A stretch of DNA of 64,000 bases from Zootoca vivipara (lineage: Eukaryota), in the NCBI RefSeq assembly GCF_963506605.1, contig NC_083289.1, forward strand, positions 10,974,001 through 11,038,000, in the 5' to 3' direction. The position numbers and the translations under genes are program-made. Under the pieces are notes generated by a model. It was not told the origin of the DNA. It made no database searches and was given only the letters and a program-made list of their open reading frames with translations. Every line of letters begins with the position of its first letter. Positions within the stretch are counted from its first letter, which is position 1. Below, one piece after another: positions 1 to 13,367 of the stretch.

Positions 1-1840
1 GCTATTTTCTCCTTCGTCTATTTTTTAAAAATAGTCCAGTAGTTTAAATTGGTATGTTATGTTAAATTTAAAAGGTCGTCTTCAAAAGGCGGTACAACAA
101 TTTTTCAATGAAACTACAGACTGAAAAACAGAATGACACCAGTATAGATTTTCAGAAGCAGTCTTTTTTTCTTTTTTTAAGAACAAGAACTTCAATCCCA
201 ACCTTCAACGCTAGCCTGACTTTTCAAAGACTTTTTTCCTTGTAGTACAGAAGCTACTTCCCCTTATTACTGTGCTGGCACCAATCTTTATGCTGCATCA
301 GTAATTGTATAATTGTACAATTTATGGAGAGGGAGGTAGTTTGTTTCAACTGTGTTCTGTTTTCTTCTACTACGCATTGTATACTAGCGATTGAAATGGT
401 AAAACTAAATCGACTGGATTGCAGAAGTGCTTTGTCCATTTCACTTTGACGGAACCCCAAACTAACAACACACCTAGTGGACTGTAGTAAAGGTCCATGT
501 AAATCTGCTGTCCTGCTGCTCACAGTAGCCAAAAAGATGCTTCCAGGAAGTGCACATGAAGGGTAAGAATACAATAGTCTTTCAGCGACTAGTACTGTTT
601 TTAACTTCTGGCTTTTATTGGTAATTTAAATTTAGTTTTTTATATTTTTGTAAACTGCTTATAGGTTTTTACAATGAAGTGGTGTACTGTACAATTTTTG
701 TCAAATAGAACAAAATATTGCCACTAACATGGTGGTTGTATATACTTATCACAGTTAATAGTTGTTGATGGATCTCTCTTCTTCCATTAATTTGTCTATT
801 TTCCCTTTAAAGCCTCTCAGCTGGTGGCCTTTAATGCAGAGAGAGTAAATTCCAGAAATAACGCTTTGCGGTGAAGTGCTTTATCTGCCATGAAACTAGC
901 AATCAATTTCATTGAATGACCACAGTTCTTTTGACTTTCAAGTATAGGGAAAATAAGGGAAAAAATCTATCCACTTTCTTTTAACAATGAAATTTTTTAT
1001 GCTCTCTACATTTATAACACAGCACTAGGAGCAATTGTTGCTTAGTGAGAAGTTTTTCTTCCTATAGGTGACAAAGGAAACCCCTGTCTCATTTCCTCGA
1101 ACTAGTATGAGAAAGTGCAAAACAACCAAGTACAGATTAAAATGAAATCAAACACATAAGGCAGAATTTAATTGCAATTTCAGTTTTCCCAGCTGAATTA
1201 GATTGTATTGGTTTAAACTGGAACTTTGTGTGCCTTCCTTTTCTTCATTCACTTATCTTTTTTCATCCAACATCTGCCTGCAGTATGTTTACATCCCCCA
1301 CATATCCCCCATATTCCTGGGGAAGGAAGCACATGTGAGGGATGCCTTATTACAAACAGAGCAACTTGCACATTACATATTTTGACACAGCATGGGCTTG
1401 AACCCCAAAGCAAAGCCTTGCATGAGCAGTATGTGGTTCTGACGTCAAATAACTGAACTACACAAGCACTAAAAATACTGTTGTTGGTAACAGAATAGTT
1501 AACATGTAACCATGGCTAAGCATGAATAAATGAGCATGTGGGTAAAAAATTGCAGCCACTATGCTCCTCCCCCCATCTTGCTGCTTCTCTACCTAGAGCT
1601 AAGCCATTATCTGGCTTAGTGCTACATCTGAAGCAAGACTCATGGTTTTGCTCCAGCAAACAAGCTGTAGCCACGATTTGTTCTTGGCTTACTGCTTGTG
1701 GTTTGTCTGCAGCAATATGAACCACCAGCCTTGATTCATTCATAATGTTAAGCCAAACCATGGCTTAGTTCTAGGAAGTGCAGCAACAGCAAGACCAGCG
1801 GAGGAGCGAAGCCAGGACAATTATTGCTGTGAGGTACATA

Positions 1841-2109
1841 CAGTGGTGCCTCGCTTAACGAACGCCCTGCTTAACGAAAGGATTTTTCGAGCGGAGGTTG
1901 CCTCGCTAGACGAATTTGTTTTATGAAAAATTTGTCTAGCAAATCACGGTTTCCCATAGGAATGCATTGAAATTCAATTAATGCGTTCCTATGGGCAAAA
2001 AAAAATTTCAAAAAAATTCAATGCATTCCTATGGGATTCGCTAGACAAATTTTTCGTTATAAGAAAAGACCCGTGGAACGAATTAAATTCGTCTAGCGAG
2101 GCACCACTT
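1841..2109. mobile_element. Tc1/mariner (Tigger-like) MITE
   Basis: TIR cagtggtgcctcgct...agcgaggcaccact with flanking TA. Confidence 0.85.
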
Positions 2110-2865
2110 TATATGCTCATTCACTCATACTTAGCCATGGTTTGGTTGAGTATTATGCCCAGAATGTAAACCCCGCATAAGTGGGGGAGGGATGCTTGTA
2201 TACACCACTCTGTGCCCGCTATGGTGTGTGGTACCTGCAAGACCTGTCAAATCAACAGTGCTAGCGTATGGTGCAGCAAAGAAAAGTCGTGTTATCCTGA
2301 AACTATTAGCTATCACCAATAAGCCAAATATGTAAGTAACTAGACTAATCTAAAAATACAAGTAACTGGCTTGTGACTTTGTGCATGTCTTTTGCACATT
2401 CCCAAATTCTGCTTTCCTGGCGATATATGCCTCTGTCAAGCTCCTGCAGCATCTCTAATAGCATTTTTTTTACTCTACTACCGGTATGTGCTCTGGATTT
2501 GCAGCTTCAAAACATGAATTCATTTTTTCTTTTTCTTTAATGTCATATTTCATTTCTTGACTTTCCACTTCTCTTTATATTTTAAGTATACATGTCTTTA
2601 GATTTCATTTTAATTGAAAATTTTAATTGAAAATTAAAATACCACACACATTTTAGTTTCTCTGGGTTTCATGTTAAATTAAAATTGTGCATTTTGAAGT
2701 AATGTGAGTAATTTAATCACATTTTGTTCACCACCATCAGGGGTATCTCAAACATTCAAAGCTTCATGACAAACTGACAATATAAAGCCTCCACATTGAT
2801 AGCAGCTTCTTTTCTCTAACAAGTGGAAATTTCAGGAACTAGGTGGTGATGACAGAGTCATAGAA

Positions 2866-3212
2866 CTACGGCCCGGGGGCCGGATGCGGCCCAATTAGCC
2901 TGCCAATCCGGCCCGCAACGACCCCCGCCACCCGCTGCCCGCACTTACAGCGCGCAGCGCGGCAGCGCTCTTCCGGGTCGGGAAAAAAGCGCCGAAAATC
3001 CTTTGTGCGCATGCGTATGGGCCTCTCCCGACCCGGAAGAGGTCATTTCTGGTGCACTTCCGGGTCAGGGGAGGCCCATACGCATGCGCACAAAGGATTT
3101 TCGGCGCTTTTTCCACCCTGGAAGCGCGCCGCCAGCATGCGCACGGGCGCGCACTCCCCCGCCCGCCGGCCCGCACAGCCGCGCGTTCGACCGTCCTCCG
3201 GCCCGCCACGCG
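2866..3212. mobile_element. Internal fragment of a CpG-rich hAT-Charlie-like MITE with an internal palindrome (about 2984-3111)
   Basis: Begins (aact)acggcccgggggccggatgcggccc, typical of Charlie-family subterminal sequence. No intact TIR or TSD. Confidence 0.7.
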
Positions 3213-3313
3213 ATCCAACCCCCAGCAATACAGGAATGTGCAGCTGTCACATATGGGGATCAAGCCTGCAATCTTGGCATTATCAGCACCATGCTCTAAC
3301 CAACTGAGCTATG
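3213..3313 (-). mobile_element. tRNA(Ile-like)-derived SINE, 5' part
   Basis: Reverse complement reads tagctcagttggttagagcatggtgctgataatgccaag...gatccccat, followed by the SINE body cagctgcacattcctg. Confidence 0.7.
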
Positions 3314-4150
3314 GTGGATGGAGATTTTATCTGGGACCATAGCAGAGGAAGAGGACTCTTTGAGATTCTGATTCCTCTTTTCCCCACCTTGCCCCACCTT
3401 GCCCAGGCTGTTACGTAACAAAAAACAACAACAACCCAGATACATGAATGCAGTCTTTTATTTTTGTTATCATCTAGCTTGACATTCACAACTTCTGCAG
3501 AAGAGAGATATTTTATATCTCACATTAACAGGAATTTGCAATGCACAAAGGCAGAATTTCTAGCTAGTTCTGGAATGGGTCCCTTGCCTATTCATTTTGG
3601 ATTGACCTGCTTGATATTCAATGCAAACGAGCACAAGGGTGATATTTCCTTTGAGGGAGATTGGTGGTGGTGGTGGTGGTTATATACAGCAGACACATTG
3701 CTATAAAAAGGCTGGTTTTGTAAATGCTACTGAACATTCTGATACATATACAAGACACAGAGTACTGAAATACTGTCAGTTCTCCAAAAACATGAACCAG
3801 AAACTAAAAAGATTAAAATAGTACTGTCAAGAGCATTTTTTAATGGTTTCTCGCAAGTACATTTTGGAGAGTGCAATAACTGCCTCTAATTTCAGGTGCC
3901 TGGTGTCAATGCCTGTGAGGAGAACAATCTACCCGACACCAATGCTGGAAGGGTCCATGGAGAGGGGAGTGGTGAGCACTTTGTTATTCAGCTTCTATTG
4001 CAAATCCCTCTTACATTTTGTTTTGTTGGCATATTACAATGATGTGCTGACACTTGTAACCCAACTTCAAAAGCTCAAGTCTTATATTTTAACACCTGGG
4101 AACCACCTTCTGGTTCAAGAGCTAAGGTTCAAATTTCATGTGACAATAAA

Positions 4151-4513
4151 AAACGGCTGGATGGCTAGTCAAAGGCGACTATGGGGTTGTGGCGCTCATC
4201 TTGCTTTCAGGCCGAGGGAGCCGGCATTTGTTCACAAATAGCTTTCTGCGTCATGTAGCCAGCATGACTAAACCGCTTCTGGCGCAACAGGACACCATGA
4301 CAGAAATCAGAGCGCACGGAAACACCGTTTACCTTCCCGCCACAGCGGTATCTATTTATCTACTTGCACTGGCATGCTTTTGAACTGCTACATTGGCAGG
4401 AGTTGGGACAGAGAAACGGGAGCTCAACCTGTCATGGGGATTCGAACTGCTGACCTTCCAATCAGCAAGCCCAAGAGGCTCAGTGGTTTAGACCACAGCA
4501 CCACCCGCATCCC
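4151..4513 (-). mobile_element. Sauria SINE
   Basis: Characteristic body (gcggtatctatttatctacttgcac) and tRNA-like head. 15-bp TSD tcatgtgacaataaa at 4136-4150 and 4514-4528. Confidence 0.9.
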
Positions 4514-4800
4514 TCATGTGACAATAAATCAATGGGTCGCTATATTAAGTAAATTTGGATTTGTGGGTTGCCATACCAAAAGGGTGGGAACTGGAGAAAC
4601 CATGAAGGGTTCAAAGTCTGAGGATGCAGTCCTACAGTTACTGTTGGAAAAAAAGTTGATCCTACGGTAGGAATCAACAAAAACTTCTTCCACTTTACCT
4701 TGTTTTTCATTCAGGGCCCTTAAAATGTTTGTAACTCTTTTCACATTCATTCCCCTGATGGCATGGCCAGCTGGCATGGACACTACACATAACTGGTATG

Positions 4801-5070
4801 ATGTAAGTAAGTTGCCTAAAAATGTTTTGCATAAAGTGAAGAATTCACTGAAATAATATTTGGGTAGACCCAGAGTTTCGTTTCTGTTACCGTCTTCTCC
4901 GTTATTTCCAACAATGGAGCATCATTTGAACCTACAACACTCGTCCCACATGCTCCATTGTTGGAAATAACGGAGAAGACGGTAATAGAAACGAAACTCT
5001 GGGTCTACCCAAATATTATTTCAGTGGATTTTTCACTTTATGCAAAACATTTTAGGCAACTTACATACAT
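4801..5070. repeat. Long near-perfect inverted repeat (fold-back element)
   Basis: Arms 4801-4922 and 4950-5070 differ by 4 substitutions and 1 indel; 27-nt loop. Confidence 0.95.
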
Positions 5071-6031
5071 AATTAAAAGTTTAGCAATAGAACAATAAAA
5101 CTTAACCAGAGAGGGAGAAAGAAACAGCAAGAAACGTGATGCTCACCATCCCTCAAAAGCCTTAACCTTAAACCAAAAGGATATTAACATCTGCGTCATG
5201 CAGGCCTCACTAGGAGAGCATTCCACAGACAGGTGATCACAACCAAAAAGGCCCTGTGCTTTATTAGCAGCCTCCAAACACTACTTCATATAGTTCCTTT
5301 TGATAAAACAGAGGAGAGCCTCTTTCAATTATTAGAGATGGGACTTGAGATATAGTCAGTTCTAGGAAAAACTCCCAGCAAAGTAAGAGGCTCTAGATTT
5401 ACCACATTTCATTATGGGATCATGTAGAAACAGGGATACAGTATTTCACATTTGAAATGGAGGAAGTACAGAGTTCCCTACAGAATGATGCAAGCATAAG
5501 AGAATCAATAACTGGTTGTGGCTGAAACACCCTAAAAGGTGCTTGTCTATGTAGAGGATTGTCATCTAGGGATAACTGAGACTATCTTTAAATCTATTAT
5601 TAAATGAGTCCACAATTACAATCTGAATATAAGGGTCTACAAGTACAAGATTGTTATGTTTCACAAGTCAATTCTCTGGAGCTACAATTGCCCCAAGAGA
5701 TTATTGCTGGAGTCGCAAGGCATTCACTAAACTATCACAACCACAGAATAAAAGTACTGATCGTGGTAAACCTAAAACATTGGGGGGGAAATGCACCATC
5801 CATTCTTTGTTTTCAGCGTTCAATGAATCCTGCTTAGAATTCTTAAAATAGAATGAGGGATTGTCTGGAATTTAGAAAATTCAATACAATTTTACTGCCC
5901 ACAAAAACAAATGGGAGGAGTAGAAACAGAGTAAAAAAAAATAGAGGGGACCAGGTTTATATGAAAACTCAATATGAAAACTACAGCAGAACTGAAGAAT
6001 GACTTAGTTGCTTAAAATAAGAATACATTAT

Positions 6032-6035
<4 letters not shown>

Positions 6036-6066
<31 letters not shown>
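6036..6066. repeat. (GA)n microsatellite
   Basis: Direct reading. Confidence 0.95.
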
Positions 6067-6069
<3 letters not shown>

Positions 6070-6631
6070 AAAATAATTATTAACTTGTCTTCCCTTTAAA
6101 AGATGGCTGCATCTCAGTAACTGTTCCCATATGACTCTTTAGTTTCACATGTACTCATTTGTCTACTCTTAGAGAATTTACTTCCTTTTAACCCCCTGCC
6201 CTTCAAAATATTAGCCTGAAAGGGGGGGGCTGCTATCAATAATAAACAATTACAATTAACAGTACTTGGAATGAAACTGATGCAAATATCACTCAAATAT
6301 ACCCATTAGGCTATACCCATTAGACTTCTCTGGCCATAGAAAGAAATACAGGTTTGCAAGCAACTCTTTAGTAGTAATCTTATGGGCCACAATAAGAGAT
6401 TATAAATTAGCAACATTTTTAAGATAATGCAGTTTGTTGTTTGAATACTTTCAGAAAGAAAGCAATTTGTCTGGAACTGGCATAAAGAAGCTACCAGGGC
6501 AGGCTGAAAAAGTACAACTACTGTACTATTTGCACTTTGGTTTCTCTCACTTTCCCTTTGAAGACAGAAAGGATTACTAAATTACAAGAATAATTGCAAA
6601 TAAGAACAAATTCAGGGAAAGTGTTCTATTA

Positions 6632-6812
6632 CTATATTTACTCCAATCTAATGCTCACCTTTTTTGGCCAAATTACGTGGCAAAAATTATGGTGCACATT
6701 AGATTTAATGGCACATTTACATTCGGCAGCAAATACTTTTTTTTGGTTTCAAGGTTCTGAAAACTGAGGTGTGCATTAAATTCAATGGTGCATTGGACTC
6801 GAGTAAATACAG
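6632..6812. mobile_element. Tc1/mariner (pogo/Tc2-like) MITE
   Basis: Imperfect TIR ctatatttactccaatctaatgc / gcattggactcgagtaaatacag with TA flanks. Confidence 0.6.
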
Positions 6813-7693
6813 TACAGTATGTACCAATTTCCAGAGGGGTAGCAGTTCTTGAACTTCTTTGTAACACCTCAAAACAACAACAACACCTATCTGACTGAGT
6901 TGCCTCAGCCACTCTGGGCGGCTTCTAACAGTCTCTCTCAGCTTTAGGTTCCTATATATATTGTTGGACTACAACTCCCATCATTCCTAGTCAGAATGGC
7001 CAGTGGTCAGGGATTACAGTACTGTATGTAAGTTGCAGTTTAATAATATTTCGGTACTCCACAATTAAGAAAGGCTGTCTTAAAGACTAAATATATAATC
7101 AGATGTGTCAGATTCTTCATTGTTACTCCTAATATACAGTGCCAGATGAAGCCATGCTGGTGTATCAACCCATAATTTTCTCATTAATACGGTAATGGTT
7201 TCAGCCAAATAACATTGAATTTGCATTAGGCTGCCAGGTCTATAGTTCTATGGACCAAATGAAGGGTAGTATTCAAATTTAATAAATAAATAAAACAAAA
7301 CAAAATAAAATAAAAATTCAGTCCCTCTTCCAGCCATCTGATAAAAAGACTTATTTTAACAATAGCCTTTGCATTTTTGTTAATTGATAACTATGGACAA
7401 AAAATACAATACTGGAGATCTGCCACCAATATGCATGCTGATTTTGTGTTTTATTTATGTGAAATATTTATCTAAGAGTTACCAAATACCATAGTGGTTC
7501 ATAAAAAACACAATAAATAACAATGTTTTCCCAAAAAAAGGAATCCAGTACTGTACTGCCCATGAGTCAACTAATGCTTCTGGGAAAGCTTACAGAAATA
7601 GGAGTTACAGGTAGGTGTTGGTCTGACGTAGTCAAAACAAAATTTAAAAAATCCTTCCAGTAGCACCTTAGAGACCAACTAAGTTTGTCATAG

Positions 7694-7731
7694 GTATGAG
7701 CTTTCGTGTGCATGCACACTTCTTCAGATAC
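7694..7731 (-). ncRNA. Minimal type I hammerhead ribozyme motif
   Basis: gtat-CTGAAGA-a-gtgtg-catg-cacac-GAAA-gc-TC-atac: core boxes, stem I gtat/atac, stem II gtgtg/cacac and palindromic stem III AGCT. Confidence 0.7.
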
Positions 7732-7752
7732 ACTGGTGACTTCTGTTTCAGT

Positions 7753-7790
7753 GTATCTGAAGAAGTGTGCATGCATACGAAAGCTCATAC
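7753..7790 (+). ncRNA. Minimal type I hammerhead ribozyme motif (mirror copy)
   Basis: gtat-CTGAAGA-a-gtgtg-catg-catac-GAAA-gc-TC-atac; one G.U wobble in stem II. Confidence 0.65.
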
Positions 7791-10700
7791 CTATGACAAA
7801 CTTAGTTGGTCTCTAAGGTGCTACTGGAAGAAATAGGAGTTATTAGTATCAGGTGAAAAGTGTACCATATTGGAGCCCGTCTAACTTCAATGGGCAGTGT
7901 GCTCTACAAGGCAGGAGCCACTGGTGATTGTGATGCACTGCGCTAGATGCTGTAGTTTTAGAGACATGCAGAGGATCATTTGAAGGAAGTTTATAGACCA
8001 CTGGTAGTCCACAGACCAGAGTTTGGGAACTCGTGAGCTAGTATCTAGGGAAATGGCCTGTAGTTCATCCAAGACAAGCATAATGAAAATGAAAGAGAAC
8101 ATTACCGAGGGTGAGAAAATGAATAGATATACAATAAAAGGCACAGAAATATGCAAGAGTACAGTGGCTCAGAAAAGACCTTGCCAAAAATATATTGATT
8201 TAAGAAATATATTGAAGGAGATGTGGTTAGGTTGTGCATAGGAAGCAATACAGTATGAAAATGGCAATTTACTGGAAAGCAGAATGACAAATTTAGCATT
8301 ATGTTTTACAGTATTTCAAAATCCTTTTAACAACAAATGAGAAATTTTGCATACTGTCAGTAAATTGGAATTTGTCAATGCTCTGCTATTCCTTTGTTTG
8401 CTCCAACTAGTAATTTAAAGGAAACACTGCTAGATGGTCTAATTGACCCTATCCTTGTCTCTCTCTGTTGGTGTCTATAATTAGGCAAAACTCTGCACAA
8501 CACGCCACCCAAAACAGGCCCTTTCCAGAGCCACACCCAATCCACTACTGCCAGTTTCAGATTTTCTTCCTTCTCAATACTGTACAGGAATAAAGTTTTA
8601 TGTGATTCAACAAAGAGAAAATTCAAAGCATTTTATTTCTTCAAATACTGCCACAAATACAGCATTAATGACAAAAACAGAATTTTAAAAGCTACATTTC
8701 ATACTTTCATCTGTTCCAACACTCCTACAGAAGCCATCTACAACTACAATAAGAACACTTGCAAAACTTGCAATACTTTTGTGTAAATTAACATCTTTAT
8801 TAAAATAAAGATAGCTTTTCAAAAGGAATAAAAAAAATAATATTACATAACAGCAGAAACGACATATAGGCAGTTTTAATCTTAGTTATAGTGTTTTTGT
8901 GCAGAAACTAAATTGCATTTAAGTCAGAAGTTGACAACTGGCAGCATGTGAGTCTGATTCAGCCCCAAATCAACTTGATCTGTGGTCTAGTAGCACCACT
9001 TTTTAATCAGATGAATTGAAAAAAATGCTGATTGATTTAAGGAAGAGACTATGGAGTAGAGGGAATGTGTGTCAAATCTGAAGTAAAATATAACATTCAA
9101 AGTTACCATGACAGTTTGGGCCCACTTTTCTAATCTAAGAAAATTAAATGCAGGTGACAGTGTTCGGCATTTGAGGGGTGGGGGAACAAATCAACACACA
9201 CGTATGATGAGACACGGAAACTGGAATATGAGAAGGATCTCAGGATTCTAAGTTGTGGTGTTGTGATAGGTGAATTGCATACTAGGAATTGTACGGTAGT
9301 TTTAAAAAAGGTATGATGGAAATGAAAGAGTGATGTAGAAATGAAAGCACTGCAGTACACAAGCCATATTGGGATACTGCATTGTAGCCAATTTTAGTCA
9401 TACCTAGAGCAGACCCACTGGAAGTAATGAGCATAACTAACGTAGCAGAACCTTTCATTTCAATGGTTGTTTGAGTAAAACCAATGTGATACAACCAACT
9501 GTTTCCTCTCTCACACCATCAACACCTCAGAGTTTCTCACTCCAAAATATGCCCATATTGGATATGCCCATATCCAAACAGCAAAACAACTTTGTCAAGC
9601 AATCTGTTGTGCTACAGTGAAGTTAGACCTCCAAAATAAAAATTCATCTTTACTACCAATATCATATTGAATAATTATGACAATGAATATTTCTTTAAAG
9701 GTCAGAATAAACTTCTAGATCACTGCCAGTTCACATAGCTTGGCCTTAGTCCTAAAGCATTACTGTACAAACAGCCTCATCTCATCCAACTAGATCTTGT
9801 ATTTAGCATTCAAATTAGCACTGCACTTACATGATGAATTTACTGATATTACCAGAAATTCAATTTCAGCAGGAGTTAGGGAAACTGGAGGATCTTTACT
9901 TGGGAATGTAAACCAGTGACATAATTCAGTTGACCCACCATGATCTGTTTTGGAACTAAGTTTATGCCTAGCAGAGCTTTCTCTTTTTAAAAATATTGCT
10001 ACAACAAATGATTGCAGAAGAGGATAATTGGTACCATACTAATATGTAAAAAAATAATACATGTGAAGCATAAATTAACTTAAATACAAATTAGCTGGTG
10101 TCAATAACAAAATGAATATTGCAGTTCAAATTATTCTGCATATTCTAGTAGCAGTTTTCCAGCAGTAATGGGGCTGCATTCTTCCATGATTATGTCATTC
10201 ACTACTCCACACACAAAGTTCTATGGCATGCATCCAATGAATACAAACCACTGTGATACTGAAAGAAACAGTCTAAAACCCACCACATTTTGAATCATAG
10301 TGTTTGGGGCTGACAGACATCTTTGAAGTCAGACCCCAGCCCTTAAACAAGACCAGTACGGTATATTGAAACCATAGCTGATAGTTATCTCAGAAACTGT
10401 TAACAAACTGTGCAGTCTGGCAAAAGCAGCTCTATAACCTCCTTTGGTAATTAATTCTTCTTCTAAATTAAATCTGTCCAGACAAGTTTCTTCCCTATAT
10501 TTGACCTAATACTTAACCAGTTGAGATCAGTGAAGATTATCACCTCCATAAAATTTTCCTCCTATGAGTATGCATTGTAAATGATTCCTCGTGGAGAAAG
10601 ATTATACTGGCTGAAATTGGTTCTCCAAAGAAAGTCACACACACAAGAGGACAGGCAGGAAGCTAATATCCTGCTTGTGCATACTTCCTGAAAAATCCAT

Positions 10701-13367
10701 TTAGATGACCAATCTCAACTTAAAACCCCTCCCTTCAACATAAGCCTTGATGAGAAACATGCAAGCAATACTCTCATCAACACATTATAAAAGCCTGCAT
10801 ACAGTAAACGGGGTACATGGTGAAGAACTTAAGGAAGCAGGGGCACCAGCTTTAATAAAATATTGGGGGCAGGTAAGCCCCACATAATCGATTACAAGAC
10901 ACACACATCATGTGAATGGCAATGCCCATCAACAGGGGGCGGGGGGCTCAAATATCTTAGGGGGGGGGCAAAGGGATCTTGGTTCCTAGGAGTTGGCTTG
11001 GAAGGTAGACATTAACTTTAGCATTCAGCACAACAGCATAGCTGAAAAATAGATCCTGGATGAAACATGCGCTGAAGCAAAAAATCCAAGGCATGTACAA
11101 CTATTTGAGAGACAAATGATCATAGGCCTGCCAACACCATTATATCCCCCACAGCAAATAAACCTACAAATGATCTTCCTGGAAGGTGTGACATCCTGGG
11201 AGCAGAACAGTTGGTTTAATACATGCAGTGGGAAGGTGAGTGAGCTGGAAGAAATTAAAAAGCACAAGAGGTAGAGACATGCTCCCTGACCAGCACTCAG
11301 AAGCAGCACCGATTACATCCATACTGCTACCAACAAGCATTCCCTCTCTTCTTATACGGATATAGGCATCCATCACTCCAAGATCTGCACACAATAGCAC
11401 ACAAGTACTGCCCTATCAGCTGAATTGAACGATGGTGCACTCTGTGTGGTGCTACACCAACTTAACACACTATTCAGGGAGCGCGGGGTCTTTTTAGAAT
11501 ACCGCCACTCAGTCATGGCATCAGTTTATCACTGCTCCAAAACAAAACAAAATGGACAAAAGGCCAGAAACATATGCATGCTGTGAAGAGGTAGATAATG
11601 AGTGTGCAGCATATTACAGGCTTGGCTCACTGAAGACAACAAAGAGTATTAGGCTGACTGTAATTGCTGCCTTTGGTTGTGTTATCAGTACTTATAGACT
11701 CCCTCTATAAGAAGAAACATGAAATCTAATCCCTCTGCTACTGAACTTCATTAGCTTCTCCTACTGCCTTTACACATCTCTATTTACATTAAGAAAAGAG
11801 CAAACAACTTTTCTGGAGCAAATCAACCTTGAACAATCTAAGAAGAAGGAATGACAAAGTATACAAGGATAGGGAATTGAATCCAGATATTCAGTTTTAT
11901 ATCTGCTACACACTAACCAACGAATGGTCTCAATACCACAAAGAGTGAATGCTGCTGTTCCCATCACAACAGTTTTGCTTGCTGTGCTGATCATGATCTA
12001 CAGCACTGGTCTTCAACTGATGGGTTGGGACTCACTACTGGGACAAAGGTGATCAAACCAGCAGCATTACCAACATAAAAATATAAAGGGGGGAAGGTCC
12101 CCAAGTTAAAGGTGGGTCCTAGGTCTGGAAAAGCTAAAGAATAGAGTTATTCTTCCCAAAACATCATCATTTTTGCAATCTTTCAATGGTGTGACCCTAA
12201 TTCTGACGGAAAAGCCTAGTGTATATTCACTATGAAAACAGAAAAATCAAGTGCCACCCGGCTCTCCTGGGTTTGCCTGCATAATCCGCTAGTAGTAAGT
12301 GGAAAGTGGTTTTAGTCAGCATCATGCTTTTAAAAAAAACCTGTCAGAAATTCTAACTCCTGCACCAATAAAGTATCATGTTCTAGGTCAGTACCTCCTG
12401 AATACTGAATCCTTTTGAGGACACTTACTTCTTCTTTCCCATCCTCTCCAACATTACTAAGCAGTTGAAGGAAGCTAGGACAAAGGGTGAAAAAGGAGCT
12501 GTGAGTGGAGGGGAGCACTTTCCTCATCCATTGGACCCCCTGGGAAACTCAACAAACCTGCTGTACCTGGAACTGGGTGTGGGGAGTGCAGCTGAATGAT
12601 TAATTTCTGTACCACATAATATATTAAAAAATATCTCTAAGGGGTGTACAAAAAAGAAGCATCAGCAGCCAATAATCAAAAAATCAAAATAACATTGGTG
12701 TAAAAGGAGCCAGCTATGGAAATTCTGTAAAGCCACCTCTTTTTTTTACAGCTCTTTAAAGATGCTGAACACTTCTAGAAAAAAGCTGTTCTTGCTTATA
12801 TTAGATAGATGACAGATGACACAGCAATAAAACAGGAATGGGTTTCCAGAAGGTTTATTCAAGGAAGCCGTATCCAATAAAGCATTTAAATGGGCATGAG
12901 GCCACTAGCTAAGTAACATGGGCAGTAGCTTCAGTAGGCCATGACTCTGTTACCGGTATGATGAATCTCAGAGCTTTAGTTAAATAAAAGAGCCAGCAGC
13001 TATTTCAAAGTATAGTTATGTTTTTACTAGGAGGACACCTTTAAAAGAATTTTCAGCAACACTGAGGAAACATGTTCATTGACTTCAGGATGGGTTCTGA
13101 TAATTTTGTCAATCCTAGAGTAGGCTACAGTTCTCTCTCAGAGCACACTGTCAAATTTGAACATATGTAGTCACAGTCTAGGATACAATTATGTGGGTGC
13201 TTTCTTCTAAAATCAACAGTGGTTAGCTACACAATTCTGTGCAGGATGCATCCCCAGACATTTTCTCTAACTCTAGTCGTCTATATAACACATTGCTTTC
13301 TCAGCATATAAAGAATGGTTGCACTACACAAAGCAACAGAAACCCACAAGCAAGCAAAATTCCTAGA

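Larger units (their letters stand above)
7608..7828. mobile_element. Penelope-like (Neptune-type) terminal fragment in inverted fold-back arrangement
   Basis: Signature gtagcaccttagagaccaact...tgagctttcgtg. 82-bp arms at 7654-7735 and 7749-7830 with a 13-nt loop. Flanked by a 14-bp direct repeat agaaataggagtta (7594-7607, 7829-7842). Confidence 0.8.

Noticed and set aside
3250-3313. tRNA-Ile gene
   Set aside because: Mutated stems and B box, and contiguous with a SINE body.
2895-3342. Mirror-image ORFs on both strands
   Set aside because: Artefact of a GC-rich palindromic MITE.
4860-5010. Hammerhead in the 270-bp hairpin (GAAAC motifs)
   Set aside because: No CUGANGA box in a suitable position on either strand.
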